A stretch of 64,000 bases of DNA from Alistipes sp. (GCA_045603045.1 JAZULJ010000018.1:1067-65066); one strand, 5' to 3'; shown: positions 48,623 through 58,212, counted from the first letter of the stretch. The notes: generated by a model not told the origin, from the letters alone. Numbers and translations are program-made.

Positions 48623-50074
48623 ATGAAAAAGTTTCTTACAGAGGATTGGGTTGTTACAATACTCAGCCTTCCTCTACTGATTATTGCAGCATTAGCATCG
48701 CTGCTACCGAATAATGGCTTTAAGGTTGCTGCCGACCTCTCTACGCTTGGCGCATGGTGCGACATCGCAGTCTTCTTTGTCATTGCATTGTCGTTGTTAT
48801 GTATCGGCAATAAGCTGCTCGGTCGCCCGATGAAGGGCATCTTACGCTCGTTTATCGTCATCTTCGCCATCGCCATCTTAGCGCAGTGGATAGCTAAGAT
48901 TGACGCGGTTAAATACTACGGCTTTGAGGCGGTATTCTTCTCGGTTATCTTCGGCCTTATCGTCCGCAACGTCTTTCATATACCCGAGTGGCTCAAACCC
49001 GCTATCCAGGGAGAGTTCTTCATCAAGATTGGTGTTGTATGCCTCGGTGCCACGGTGCTATTCAGCGACGTAATGAAGTCGGGTGCTGCGGGTCTGTTGC
49101 AGGCATGCCTGGTGGTGGCCATCGTATGGTTCTTCGCCTACTTCGTTGCTCGTAAATTGCGTGTGGAGCGCGCTACGGCGATGACCTTGGCAAGCGGATG
49201 CTCTATCTGTGGCGTATCGGCTTGTATTACAGCTGCGGGTGTTGCGGGTACCGACCGCAAGCAGCTATCCTATATTATCTCAATGGTGCTCATCATCGTT
49301 GTTCCGATGATTTATTTTATGCCATGGCTCGCCGAGACGATTGTGCCTCTAATTACGGATAATGCCGCGGTGCAAAATGATATTACCGGTGCATGGATAG
49401 GTGGTACTATCGACACAACCTCGGGTGTTGGCGCTTCGTCGGCCATCGCGGGCGATGCTGCGCAGAAGACGGCTATCATCGTTAAGGCCACGCAGAATGT
49501 GCTTATTGGTGTTGTAGCATTCTTCATAGCTCTCTACCTCTCGGCACGTGGCGAGGGTAAGACAGGTGCTCCTTCGCTCGGCATCGTGTGGGATAAGTTC
49601 CCGAAGTTTATCCTCGGCTTTGTCGTAGCCTCGGCAATATTCAGCATCTTGCAGTCGCAGGAGTTGCTCACGGCAGATAGCAAGGGTAAGATTGTGGAGA
49701 CGGCAATGGCCAAGAACTTCTCGACGTTCTTCTTCTCGTTGTCGTTCGTATGTATCGGTATGGATACACGCTTGAAGGATATTATCTCGCGCGAGAATCG
49801 TCGTGTACTATGGTCATTTCTCTGTGCGCAGACCTTCAATATCATCGTTACGTTCTTCGTGGCATGGCTCATGTTTGGCGTAGTGAAGCCCGCATTGGAG
49901 GGTGATGCAAAGGTTGAAAACGTTGCACAGACAACGAGCATGGAGGCTGTCGAAACGGAGGCCATTGAGCCTGAGGGCATGGTTATACCCACGGAGCCCG
50001 TATCGGGCGAATCGAACATCGAGATTACGGAGTTCAAGACCCTCGCAGGTGACGAGGAGCCAACCATCGAATAG
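48623..50074 (+). CDS. Putative sulfate exporter (YeiH/PSE) family transporter
   Basis: FFIKIGVV, SICGVSACI, GAWIGGTI...TSGV and FPKFILGF. Confidence 0.88.
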   Translation: MKKFLTEDWVVTILSLPLLIIAALASLLPNNGFKVAADLSTLGAWCDIAVFFVIALSLLCIGNKLLGRPMKGILRSFIVIFAIAILAQWIAKIDAVKYYGFEAVFFSVIFGLIVRNVFHIPEWLKPAIQGEFFIKIGVVCLGATVLFSDVMKSGAAGLLQACLVVAIVWFFAYFVARKLRVERATAMTLASGCSICGVSACITAAGVAGTDRKQLSYIISMVLIIVVPMIYFMPWLAETIVPLITDNAAVQNDITGAWIGGTIDTTSGVGASSAIAGDAAQKTAIIVKATQNVLIGVVAFFIALYLSARGEGKTGAPSLGIVWDKFPKFILGFVVASAIFSILQSQELLTADSKGKIVETAMAKNFSTFFFSLSFVCIGMDTRLKDIISRENRRVLWSFLCAQTFNIIVTFFVAWLMFGVVKPALEGDAKVENVAQTTSMEAVETEAIEPEGMVIPTEPVSGESNIEITEFKTLAGDEEPTIE

Positions 50075-50097
50075 TAGGCTTCGGTACACAAACACCA

Positions 50098-50148
50098 TAT
50101 ATCAACAAAATAGGCTGCCCCGTTGGTGCAGCCTATTTTGTTGATATA
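50098..50148. terminator. Bidirectional terminator
   Basis: Perfect 21-bp stem TATATCAACAAAATAGGCTGC / GCAGCCTATTTTGTTGATATA. Confidence 0.85.
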
Positions 50149-50159
50149 GCAATTTGACG

Positions 50160-51575
50160 TTACTCGGCGATGCCATCTAAGCAGATGACACATGATACCC
50201 AACCATTCTCGGTATTGGCCGTACCAACGATGGTCTTGCCATCCTCCGAAGCACCTACGATGATAACACCATAGGGAATCTGTTCTGTAAGGTCGAGGTC
50301 ATGCTCCTCCAAGAGCCAGTCGGCAATGGGTGTAAGAGTTTCAAGGTCTTCTGACATAACATCTATGATGTACGATGTCTCGCCCATGTAGTAGGGAGCG
50401 TCGTTTATGAAGGCAATACCATCATCTGTCATAGCTGTAATCTGAGCGCCTGCGCACTTTATAAACTCGTCGGTTTTGAGGTTGTAGGCTGCTGCAAACT
50501 CGTTAGCATACCCTGTCGAGAAGTCCTTTCCCTTACCATAAGCATAGGTTCCGTTCTGCGACATACGGTTCTGACTATCACCGAGGCTCTCCAAAGGCAT
50601 ACTATTATCCTTCTTTTCGAGATGTACATACTCGAAGGGTTCATTCCATGCAGACCACACGATGCTGAACATATCTACAGAGTAGTCATAGCCAAGAATT
50701 TTGCCATCGGGAGCAATACACTTGGCAACGATGCCAATCTGTACGTCCTCAGACGCGTCGTAGGGGTTAATCTCATATGCGAGTTCACCGATAGCGGGCA
50801 TCGACAGCTCGTTGGTCTCTAAGTTATAGACGATAGGTACCATCATACCACACTGACTCGTGTACTCCGTAGTACCATACTCAAAGAACCAACCCACCGC
50901 CAGCTTACCGTCAGGAGTGATAGCATCCAACGATGCCGAGTCGAGGTTTTCGGGCGCCGAGAGGTACTTCGAGATGTCGATGTCGTGAATCTGGCCATCA
51001 ATATAGTATGCTGCCTGGCCAATGCCCGATTCGTAGTTGGTACCCACTGCCAAACCGTCATCCGATACATCCGAGAACTCCATGTTAGACACGGTGGTAA
51101 GGATATCCGTGTTAAGGTCGAGGATGAAACCCTGTCTGTCAAAAGCACCTACTACATAGCGACCGTTGTTCGAGATTGCAACTGCCGCAGCGCCATTCTG
51201 GGCATACCACTCGCGGTATGCGGGAACGATACGGCCACCGAGTGTTACCTCAACTACGGCAGCCTCCGAGCTGAGCAACGCACTCTCATTGGGCGATACA
51301 GCCTTAACATAGAACTTGTGCGTAGTAGCCCAAGCGAGGCCACGCACCACGTAGCTGGTGCCCTCAACGATTGTGGGCTCCTCCTCATTTACTGATACGG
51401 TGTAGTAGAGAGCATTCTCTACGGCCGACCATGTGAGCGTAACATTGTTGTTATCGACGAGATGTCCTACAACGGGAGTTTCGAGCTGAGGAATACCGGG
51501 CGTGGGCTCCTCGTTACATCCTGCTAAGGCAAGGAGTACAATGCCTGAGAGCAGAAGATTGAATAATTGTTTCAT
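50160..51575 (-). CDS. Surface lipoprotein: FN3 domain plus a probable 7-bladed beta-propeller
   Basis: Lipobox LAG-C; VTLTWSAVENA..Y FN3 motif; seven [S/T]xDG-type repeats (ISNNG, VSDDG, ITPDG, IAPDG, MSQNG, MTDDG, ASEDG). Confidence 0.75.
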   Translation of the reverse strand: MKQLFNLLLSGIVLLALAGCNEEPTPGIPQLETPVVGHLVDNNNVTLTWSAVENALYYTVSVNEEEPTIVEGTSYVVRGLAWATTHKFYVKAVSPNESALLSSEAAVVEVTLGGRIVPAYREWYAQNGAAAVAISNNGRYVVGAFDRQGFILDLNTDILTTVSNMEFSDVSDDGLAVGTNYESGIGQAAYYIDGQIHDIDISKYLSAPENLDSASLDAITPDGKLAVGWFFEYGTTEYTSQCGMMVPIVYNLETNELSMPAIGELAYEINPYDASEDVQIGIVAKCIAPDGKILGYDYSVDMFSIVWSAWNEPFEYVHLEKKDNSMPLESLGDSQNRMSQNGTYAYGKGKDFSTGYANEFAAAYNLKTDEFIKCAGAQITAMTDDGIAFINDAPYYMGETSYIIDVMSEDLETLTPIADWLLEEHDLDLTEQIPYGVIIVGASEDGKTIVGTANTENGWVSCVICLDGIAE

Positions 51576-51750
51576 GTTCTTAGGGTTTTATATGTATAAA
51601 ATTAGTAAGCTATTTAGTTGTAAGGCGTTGCCATAATGCTGGACAAAGGTAGTAAATTAATTGAATTTGCAAAAATACGGATGCAAAAAACGTAATTTTG
51701 GTTAGTAGGAAGTGAAAATTGTGGAGTATTAGATAACGAGAGTTATGATA

Positions 51751-51973
51751 GGTGCGAAATGAAAGTACCCTGGATGGATAGTACTTGACGTACATTCCAT
51801 TCAGCCCAATGATTGAGAGGGTGCAGATGCGCCCTTATCACAGGAAATTTCTTGTCAGAAGCCGTGAGATGTGGTGCGAAATGAAAGTACCCTGGATGGA
51901 TAGTACTTGGCGTACATTCCATTCAGGGTATCTTTTGGTTTCGTGCCGCAGATTGCGGCTTATCACAAGAAAT
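51751..51973 (-). repeat. Tandem copies 2 and 3 of the family A two-hairpin element (122-bp period)
   Basis: 54-nt core identical at 53/54 positions (51751-51804 vs 51873-51926); each copy also has a small hairpin and TTATCAC. Confidence 0.9.
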
Positions 51974-52524
51974 TATTTGAAGTAGCGATTATAAAGCCCC
52001 TCAAACCCCTTACCGTGGCGAGCCTCATCCTTGGCCATCTCGTGCACAGTATCGTGAATAGCGTCGTAGTTGTGCTGCTTGGCAAGTGCTGCGATGCGCA
52101 TCTTGTCGGCACAAGCACCACTCTCAGCATTCATGCGCTTCTCGAGGTTGGTCTTAGTATCCCATACGCAGTCGCCAAGCAACTCAGCGAACTTCGAAGC
52201 ATGCTCAGCCTCCTCGAAAGCGTAGCGCTTGAAGGCCTCGGCAATCTCAGGATAACCCTCACGGTCAGCCTGACGGCTCATTGCGAGATACATACCTACC
52301 TCGGTGCACTCGCCCATGAAGTGGTTGTTGAGACCCTCGATAATCTCGGCATTGTCAACCTTACCGTCGCCAATCTTATGCTCTGTTACAAATTCGAGAG
52401 CTGCGTCCTCCTCCTTCATCTCCTCAAAACGGTCGCTACCAACCTTGCACAAGGGGCACTGCTCGGGTGCCTCGGGACCTTCGTGAATATATCCGCATAC
52501 TGAGCAAATCCATTTCTTAGCCAT
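51973..52524 (-). CDS. Reverse rubrerythrin (rubredoxin + di-iron domain; NADH peroxidase-like)
   Basis: CSVCG...[18 protein letters not shown] and DEARHG. Confidence 0.93.
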   Translation of the reverse strand: MAKKWICSVCGYIHEGPEAPEQCPLCKVGSDRFEEMKEEDAALEFVTEHKIGDGKVDNAEIIEGLNNHFMGECTEVGMYLAMSRQADREGYPEIAEAFKRYAFEEAEHASKFAELLGDCVWDTKTNLEKRMNAESGACADKMRIAALAKQHNYDAIHDTVHEMAKDEARHGKGFEGLYNRYFK

Positions 52525-52684
52525 AATCTTAATAGTTTTTTAGGTGTTAATGATTATTCTGTTTTTATCGGTTTATCGCTGTTTTCTACGGCAAAGATAA
52601 GGGCATTTTTCTCATTCGCAATAGTTTTTCCTTAACGTTTTCTTATGGCGCTATAAGCTGCCGTTATACCCGTTGATTATCAAT

Positions 52685-53374
52685 CTATTTCTTGCGGGCG
52701 CCAATTGCGAGTATCACGCCAAGTGCCACGCCGAGGAGTGCTGCAAAGAGCACGCGGTACTCGCCCGGGAGCATGAAGGTAATGGTGTGCGCGGGGTACC
52801 AGAAGAGAGGTATCGTCTTCTTGAATATGAAGTTCCACTGACGGTCCCAGTTGAGTTGTACCATGTGGCGGCGCATGGCGATAGGCTTCAATAGAGCCGT
52901 TATCGAGCCTCCATTCTCGGCGATGTGGGTATCGGTAATCTTGTGGAATGTCATGAATACGGGCGCGAAGAAGGTGTTCATCATCACCGATATCGAGAGT
53001 GCCACAACGAACTTACCGAACGATATGCCCTCTGCGCCGAAGTCGGCAACGAGGTCGGCACCGCCCATGCTCACGATAAATGCGGGAATACCTACCGAGA
53101 ATACGCTCATCGCCATAGATATCGCCATACCGAGCAGACCCCATATAATCATGCGGGGCAGCACACCAAATGTAGGTGTTGTGTAGTTACCTGTCGATAT
53201 GCGGCATCCGAGCATCTCGCCGAGGGTTGCAAGAATACCGAATTTAAGGAATGCCATGACCATAGCGTGGTCGGCATTGAAGTCCTTGTACCACTGGTAC
53301 AGGTCGGCAGAGATGAAGAAGGGGAGGAATATCGCTAACATGACGATAGCGAAGTAGATGTCTTGGCGCTTCAT
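52685..53374 (-). CDS. Mpv17/PMP22-like membrane protein
   Basis: Multiple TM helices; FWYPAHTITF.LP.EYRVLFAA C-terminal motif. Confidence 0.7.
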   Translation of the reverse strand: MKRQDIYFAIVMLAIFLPFFISADLYQWYKDFNADHAMVMAFLKFGILATLGEMLGCRISTGNYTTPTFGVLPRMIIWGLLGMAISMAMSVFSVGIPAFIVSMGGADLVADFGAEGISFGKFVVALSISVMMNTFFAPVFMTFHKITDTHIAENGGSITALLKPIAMRRHMVQLNWDRQWNFIFKKTIPLFWYPAHTITFMLPGEYRVLFAALLGVALGVILAIGARKK

Positions 53375-53503
53375 AAATTTTTAGTTTGGCTTATGAATAT
53401 TAATTATTTCACAAAGGTATATAAAAAATTGTGAAAGATGCCACAGGCGGCTCCGAATGTTTCACGATTTTGGGGTGCATCTTATATTTTTTTTGATGAA
53501 ATG

Positions 53504-53534
53504 TTTGCAGATTCAAAAATCTTGTGTACTTTTG
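53504..53534 (+). promoter_or_regulatory. Full sigma-A promoter for tRNA-Thr
   Basis: TTTG, 19-nt spacer, TACTTTTG. Confidence 0.7.
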
Positions 53535-53567
53535 CACCACTCTTAGTGATTAAGAGGTGATAACAAT

Positions 53568-53639
<72 letters not shown>

Positions 53640-53983
53640 CAAAAGGGATAGCCGAAAGGTTATCCCTTGTTGTTTATAATAAGGCTTGTCTGACAACCTC
53701 GACAAAAAGTACTCCTTTGCCAAAGATTGCATCGAGAGCATATATATGCCTTTAAAAAGAATATATTTCATATACGCGCAACATTAATTATGATAATACC
53801 ACTATTCCCTATTTACCTCACAATAATACCAATAAGCACAAAAATATCGCATAAACATTGCATATATGCGCAATTATTACCACGTAGAACTTTTTACTTT
53901 GCAAAATATTATTACCTTTGTAATTGTGTGGAGTGTGCACATATAAAATTGCTACAACACTAAAAACCAAATAATTATTATTT

Positions 53984-56764
53984 ATGAAAAACTTTAAGTA
54001 CTTTTTGTTAGCAACAATCGCCCTCATCGGAGGTTTTGCTCTCGCTTCATGCGAACCCGACCCCATGGACGAAGGAACCCGCTTGCAGGACGCTGTTGTT
54101 GTAAACATTGAGGTTGGCTACATCGACCAAACCACCGCCAACTTCACAATTAAGACCACAGGTTTGAAGGACTTTGCATGGCTGCGCACCGATAAGACAG
54201 ACATCGAGGCTACGGCTATCCTCGGTGGCGGCGAGATGGTAGAGATTGAGGATGCCTCGATAGAGACCACCACCGACATCAAATTCGAGAATCTCGACCC
54301 CTCGTCAACCTACACCTTCTATATCGCAGGTCATGTAGTTGATGGCAATCTCTACGAGAAGGTTATCAAAACCGACTTCAGCACCACAGGCTTTGGTCAA
54401 GCTATAACCGTCATGGAGGAGATGTATGACGGCTTCAAGGTGCACCTCACCATTCCCGAGGAGGTTAAGGAGCGCGGCAACGGCGTCCGTTATAGCACCG
54501 CTTCACTGGCCATGTACAACTATCAGGTGATGCGTGGTTTTTACTGTTTCGACCAACTTTTGACCAACGCCGGACAGTGTACAACCAAGGATAAGACCAT
54601 CATCTACGACGACTACCACTCTGTCGAGCGCGATGAGAATGGTAATGAGATATACGACGAATACGGCAACTATGCATCTGCGGTATTCGCAGACCCCAAA
54701 ACTCCCGGTGAGCCCGGCATCTTCATCGCAGGTGAGTTCTCATGGTACACATTGCAGGAGTATGACCCCGAACTTGGTCCCGGAAATGACGATACAGGTC
54801 CCTTTGGTTGGGGCGAGGGCTACTTTGTACCTATGTATGATTATGATGCATTTTACAGCATATGGAATAACGACGACTTCGAAAGTGCCGACTCCGAGAA
54901 GTTCTGGACAGGCTACTACGAGCGTATTGCTATTAACTGCTTACCACCCTCGAAATTGGAGGGCAACGTAGATATCAAGGTTAGCGGCAAGACGCCTATC
55001 AATGCCGTTATCAGCTTCGAGCCTACGGATGATGTTATTATGTATGTGGTGATGATTGTGGAGGAGAATGAGATGGAGGCGAACATCATGCCTCTGCTCA
55101 ACAACAACCCCGACTACTTGCAGTGGTTCACAGCATCGGCCTTCGGCCTTTACACCTTCGGTTCGCAGACCATCATCGATGGCGCTACGGACATATACCT
55201 CTCGGATTGGTTCGTAAACACACGTAACTTCGCAGGTCAGACCTTCCGCGTGATGGTTACCGGCTTGGGCGACAACTATGGTCGTACGCAGTGTTTCAAC
55301 CAGACTTCATTTACCCTTCCCGAGATTACGCTGGATGCTCCCGAGATTACCGTTACGGCCATCAAGAGCACCGATCCTTACAGCGCTACGTTCAACATCC
55401 GCAACACCAGTCCCGATGGTCAGAAGCTTACCGAGGCACGCTTCAACTGCAACTATATTCGTGAGTTCAATAACATCTTGAACCCGAATAATCAGACTAA
55501 GTACACCTATGCGTCGCTTATCGAGTCTCTCGGTTACAAGTTTAATGCCCAGGAGTTGCAGGAGATAAACAGCACCGAGGGTTACACCATGACCTTCTCG
55601 AGCCGCGAGAACGCCACCACACGTATCGCCGTTATGGGCTGGAACTGGGAGGGTACACCCAACGATATCAACGCCACCGGCTCACCCGCCGTTTGCGAGT
55701 ACACCACACCTCGTGCACCCTACCGTCGTCGCGTAAACTCACCCTTGTTCGATGAGTTGGTAGGCGAGTGGGAGGCTACTGCACCTATGATTAAATATGT
55801 CGCCTCGGAGGATGGCACCGGCGGCAAGTACGAGGAGGCAGGCTCTATGAGCAGCCCCGTAACCATCAGCGGTGGTGTTGAGTATCCCGAGACATTGCCC
55901 GAGGAGGTATATGATATTTACGCTGCTGCCGGCCTCTCAGAGTCGCAGACAAACGCTCTCTACACCGAGTTCAAGGAGCTCGCAAAGGACTATAACAAGC
56001 GTACCCGTGGCTTCAACCGCCTCCTGTGCGTAGGCTATAACTTCGCACCCGAGGATTATATGCTCAATGAGGTTGCTACACCCTACGACCTATTCATCGA
56101 TGATGAGTATGGCGCTGCCGAGCTCAGCTCACTCTTCTATGACTTCGGTCCCAAGTGGAACCTCGAAATAGACGAGGATGGTTCGGTATGGTTGCCTTTG
56201 GATATCGAGCGCGAATTCCCGTTGGAGACATGGAACTTCGGCATGGAATACACGTTCTACATGCTTGGTGTAGGTATGCAGTCGTATATCGGCGCTCCCG
56301 TCTATAACACCAACGGCGAGGTGGTTACCGATGCACGTTTCCCCGTGGAGATTTCTGATGACCGCAACACTATCACCATCAAGCCTATCGTCTATACCGA
56401 CTCTAAGGGCACTACGGAGACTTACTATCCATGTATCGCACAGCTCAATACGATTGGCCAGGCCGAGCCTATCAACCCCCGCATTGGTGGCAACGTCGTT
56501 TTGAAGCGCAAGAGTGGCGCCAAGACCTCATCTGCCACACTCGACATGCGCGGTGTAAGCGGCGAGGCTAAGGCCGTAAGCTCAATGGGTAAGACTCCTG
56601 TACCTATGGCTCGCTGCTACATGATGACACCGATGGACATCAACAGCATCAAGGTACGCAAACGTCATGTTATCGAGAATCCTATCGAGGCAGGTACCGA
56701 GGCGTTCTACAAGCGTGGCGATAAATACCTCAAAGATTTGTACGGCATCGATGTTAATAAATAA
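53984..56764 (+). CDS. Large (926 aa) surface lipoprotein with FN3/Ig-like modules, function unknown
   Basis: Lipobox LAS-C + EPD; LDPSSTYTFY FN3-like motif; repeated beta-rich segments. Confidence 0.7.
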   Translation: MKNFKYFLLATIALIGGFALASCEPDPMDEGTRLQDAVVVNIEVGYIDQTTANFTIKTTGLKDFAWLRTDKTDIEATAILGGGEMVEIEDASIETTTDIKFENLDPSSTYTFYIAGHVVDGNLYEKVIKTDFSTTGFGQAITVMEEMYDGFKVHLTIPEEVKERGNGVRYSTASLAMYNYQVMRGFYCFDQLLTNAGQCTTKDKTIIYDDYHSVERDENGNEIYDEYGNYASAVFADPKTPGEPGIFIAGEFSWYTLQEYDPELGPGNDDTGPFGWGEGYFVPMYDYDAFYSIWNNDDFESADSEKFWTGYYERIAINCLPPSKLEGNVDIKVSGKTPINAVISFEPTDDVIMYVVMIVEENEMEANIMPLLNNNPDYLQWFTASAFGLYTFGSQTIIDGATDIYLSDWFVNTRNFAGQTFRVMVTGLGDNYGRTQCFNQTSFTLPEITLDAPEITVTAIKSTDPYSATFNIRNTSPDGQKLTEARFNCNYIREFNNILNPNNQTKYTYASLIESLGYKFNAQELQEINSTEGYTMTFSSRENATTRIAVMGWNWEGTPNDINATGSPAVCEYTTPRAPYRRRVNSPLFDELVGEWEATAPMIKYVASEDGTGGKYEEAGSMSSPVTISGGVEYPETLPEEVYDIYAAAGLSESQTNALYTEFKELAKDYNKRTRGFNRLLCVGYNFAPEDYMLNEVATPYDLFIDDEYGAAELSSLFYDFGPKWNLEIDEDGSVWLPLDIEREFPLETWNFGMEYTFYMLGVGMQSYIGAPVYNTNGEVVTDARFPVEISDDRNTITIKPIVYTDSKGTTETYYPCIAQLNTIGQAEPINPRIGGNVVLKRKSGAKTSSATLDMRGVSGEAKAVSSMGKTPVPMARCYMMTPMDINSIKVRKRHVIENPIEAGTEAFYKRGDKYLKDLYGIDVNK

Positions 56765-56783
56765 TCGCATGCGCTAAATAGTC

Positions 56784-56812
56784 AAAGGGCTCTCGTTGTG
56801 AGAGCCCTTTTT
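56784..56812 (+). terminator. Intrinsic terminator of the large lipoprotein gene
   Basis: AAAGGGCTCTC-gttgt-GAGAGCCCTTT followed by a T-tract. Confidence 0.8.
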
Positions 56813-56816
56813 TGTT

Positions 56817-56917
56817 GGAGGTCGGCGGGGTCGGCGGGGCTGGTCAGGGCTGGTGGGGGTTGGTGAGGTTGGTGAGGTTGGTGAGGTTGGTGGGGTTGGT
56901 GGGGGGTTGGAGGGGTC
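56817..56917. repeat. G-rich degenerate 9-bp tandem array (consensus TTGGTGAGG), about 11 units
   Basis: ggtcggcgg ggtcggcgg ggctggtca gggctggtg ... (ttggtgagg)x3 ttggtgggg ... Confidence 0.9.
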
Positions 56918-56923
56918 AGACAT

Positions 56924-57017
56924 GGCACGAAATGAAAGTACCCCGGATGGATAGTACTTGGTGTACATTCCATTCAGGGTATCTCTCGTTTTCGCGCCGC
57001 AGAGCGCGGCTTATCAC
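56924..57017 (-). repeat. Copy 4 of the family A two-hairpin element
   Basis: Four differences from copy 3 over the 61-nt core; GCCGC/GCGGC small hairpin and TTATCAC conserved. Confidence 0.9.
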
Positions 57018-57018
57018 G

Positions 57019-57147
57019 CTAAATTTTGAAGAGGTCGGTAAGGTATGTATCCAAAAATAACAATTCGTGGTCATCCTTAATTACATCGTTCATAAGCATA
57101 TCCTCTTCACTATACAACTGTAAAATACGACTGTCGATATCTCCCAT
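57019..57147 (-). CDS. Small acidic ORF, 42 aa (MGDIDSRILQLYSEEDMLMNDVIKDDHELLFLDTYLTDLFKI), below the ORF-track cutoff
   Basis: Hand translation; A-rich initiation region; co-oriented 73 bp after the sigma factor gene; family A element begins right after its stop. Confidence 0.55.
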   Translation of the reverse strand: MGDIDSRILQLYSEEDMLMNDVIKDDHELLFLDTYLTDLFKI

Positions 57148-57220
57148 AGGCACTATGTTTTATGTGTTTGTTTGCTTTTCACACATATAACGTGCCCCAA
57201 AGAGTATTATTGCACAAAGA

Positions 57221-57805
57221 CTAACTTAATACGATATTTTTCTCCTGAATCATGCGGCGCAGGTTGATAAGGGCGTAGCGCATACGACCAAGCGCGGTAT
57301 TTATGCTCACCTGCGTCTCGTCGGCAATCTCCTGGAAGGAGAGCTTCGAGTAGTAGCGTAGGCGCACTACCTCCTGCTGCTCCTCGGGCAGAAGGTCGAT
57401 AAGCGAACGTATGGTCTGCTCCATCTCGCCCTGCACGAGCCTATCCTCGGCCGTGGGCTCAGCAATGCGCAACGTACCAAGCACATCGTATCCAGCCTCG
57501 GCCTCGTTGAGCTGACGGCTACTCTTCTCGCGACGGAAGTAGTCGAGGACACGGTTGTGGGCTATGCGGAGCACCCACGAGAGGAACTTGCCGCTATCCG
57601 TATAGCGACCCTCGTCGATAACCCTTACTGCTTTGATAAATGTCTCCTGGAAGATGTCGTCTGCGACGTCATCGTCTTTGACCATCATACCGATATAGTT
57701 GCGCACGCGCTGCGAGTGGCGCTCGATAAGTTCAGATATGGCACTCCTATCCCCCGAAAGGTAGTTATTAAGCAGCACGCGGTCGCTTAATACATTCACG
57801 TTCAT
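57221..57805 (-). CDS. ECF-type RNA polymerase sigma-70 factor
   Basis: DDIFQETFIK, WVLRIAHN..LDYFR, LPEEQQEVV.LRYY and SINTALGRMRYA. Confidence 0.93.
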   Translation of the reverse strand: MNVNVLSDRVLLNNYLSGDRSAISELIERHSQRVRNYIGMMVKDDDVADDIFQETFIKAVRVIDEGRYTDSGKFLSWVLRIAHNRVLDYFRREKSSRQLNEAEAGYDVLGTLRIAEPTAEDRLVQGEMEQTIRSLIDLLPEEQQEVVRLRYYSKLSFQEIADETQVSINTALGRMRYALINLRRMIQEKNIVLS

Positions 57806-58212
57806 ACTCTTTAATTTTAAGTTAGTTTAAGAGCAGAATTTCGTCGATAGGCAATGTTGTTTTATCGGTTAATAATCATTGTTTTCAGTTGCAAGATAGT
57901 AATAATTTCGCTAACTGCAAAATTTTATTTATCCATCAGCGTTTAGCCCGTCTGCACAAAATTCCGCCACAAAGACATCAAACGTCGTGCCAATCAGTGA
58001 TTTACGGCAAATATCGTGCAAAATTGAGCCAAACACATTATCGGCGAAGCGACAATTATCGGGGGCGAAACGACGAGTCAAAATATAATAAAAACCGCTT
58101 TTTTTACTTTCAGCAATAATCGTAGAACGACATAAAAAGTACGAGGGGCTCACTGCAATTAAAACGTGAACCCCTCGCACTATTCGAGGTTATAGCTCTA
58201 TAAAAACTGTGA

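Noticed and set aside
51751-51973. Possible mini-CRISPR array (two near-identical 54-bp repeats)
   Set aside because: There are only two units, the 'spacer' itself carries conserved parts (small hairpin, TTATCAC), homologues are dispersed elsewhere singly, and no cas gene is in the window. A REP-like element explains it better.
56774-57060. Pro/Gln-rich or Gly/Val-rich ORFs in the ORF track
   Set aside because: They are translations of the family A element plus the G-rich 9-bp array in several frames, with no coding signature.
57889-58180. Short ORFs or an ncRNA between the sigma factor and fabD
   Set aside because: There is no motif or convincing stable structure beyond the fabD terminator (about 58143-58177); it is most simply a promoter region.
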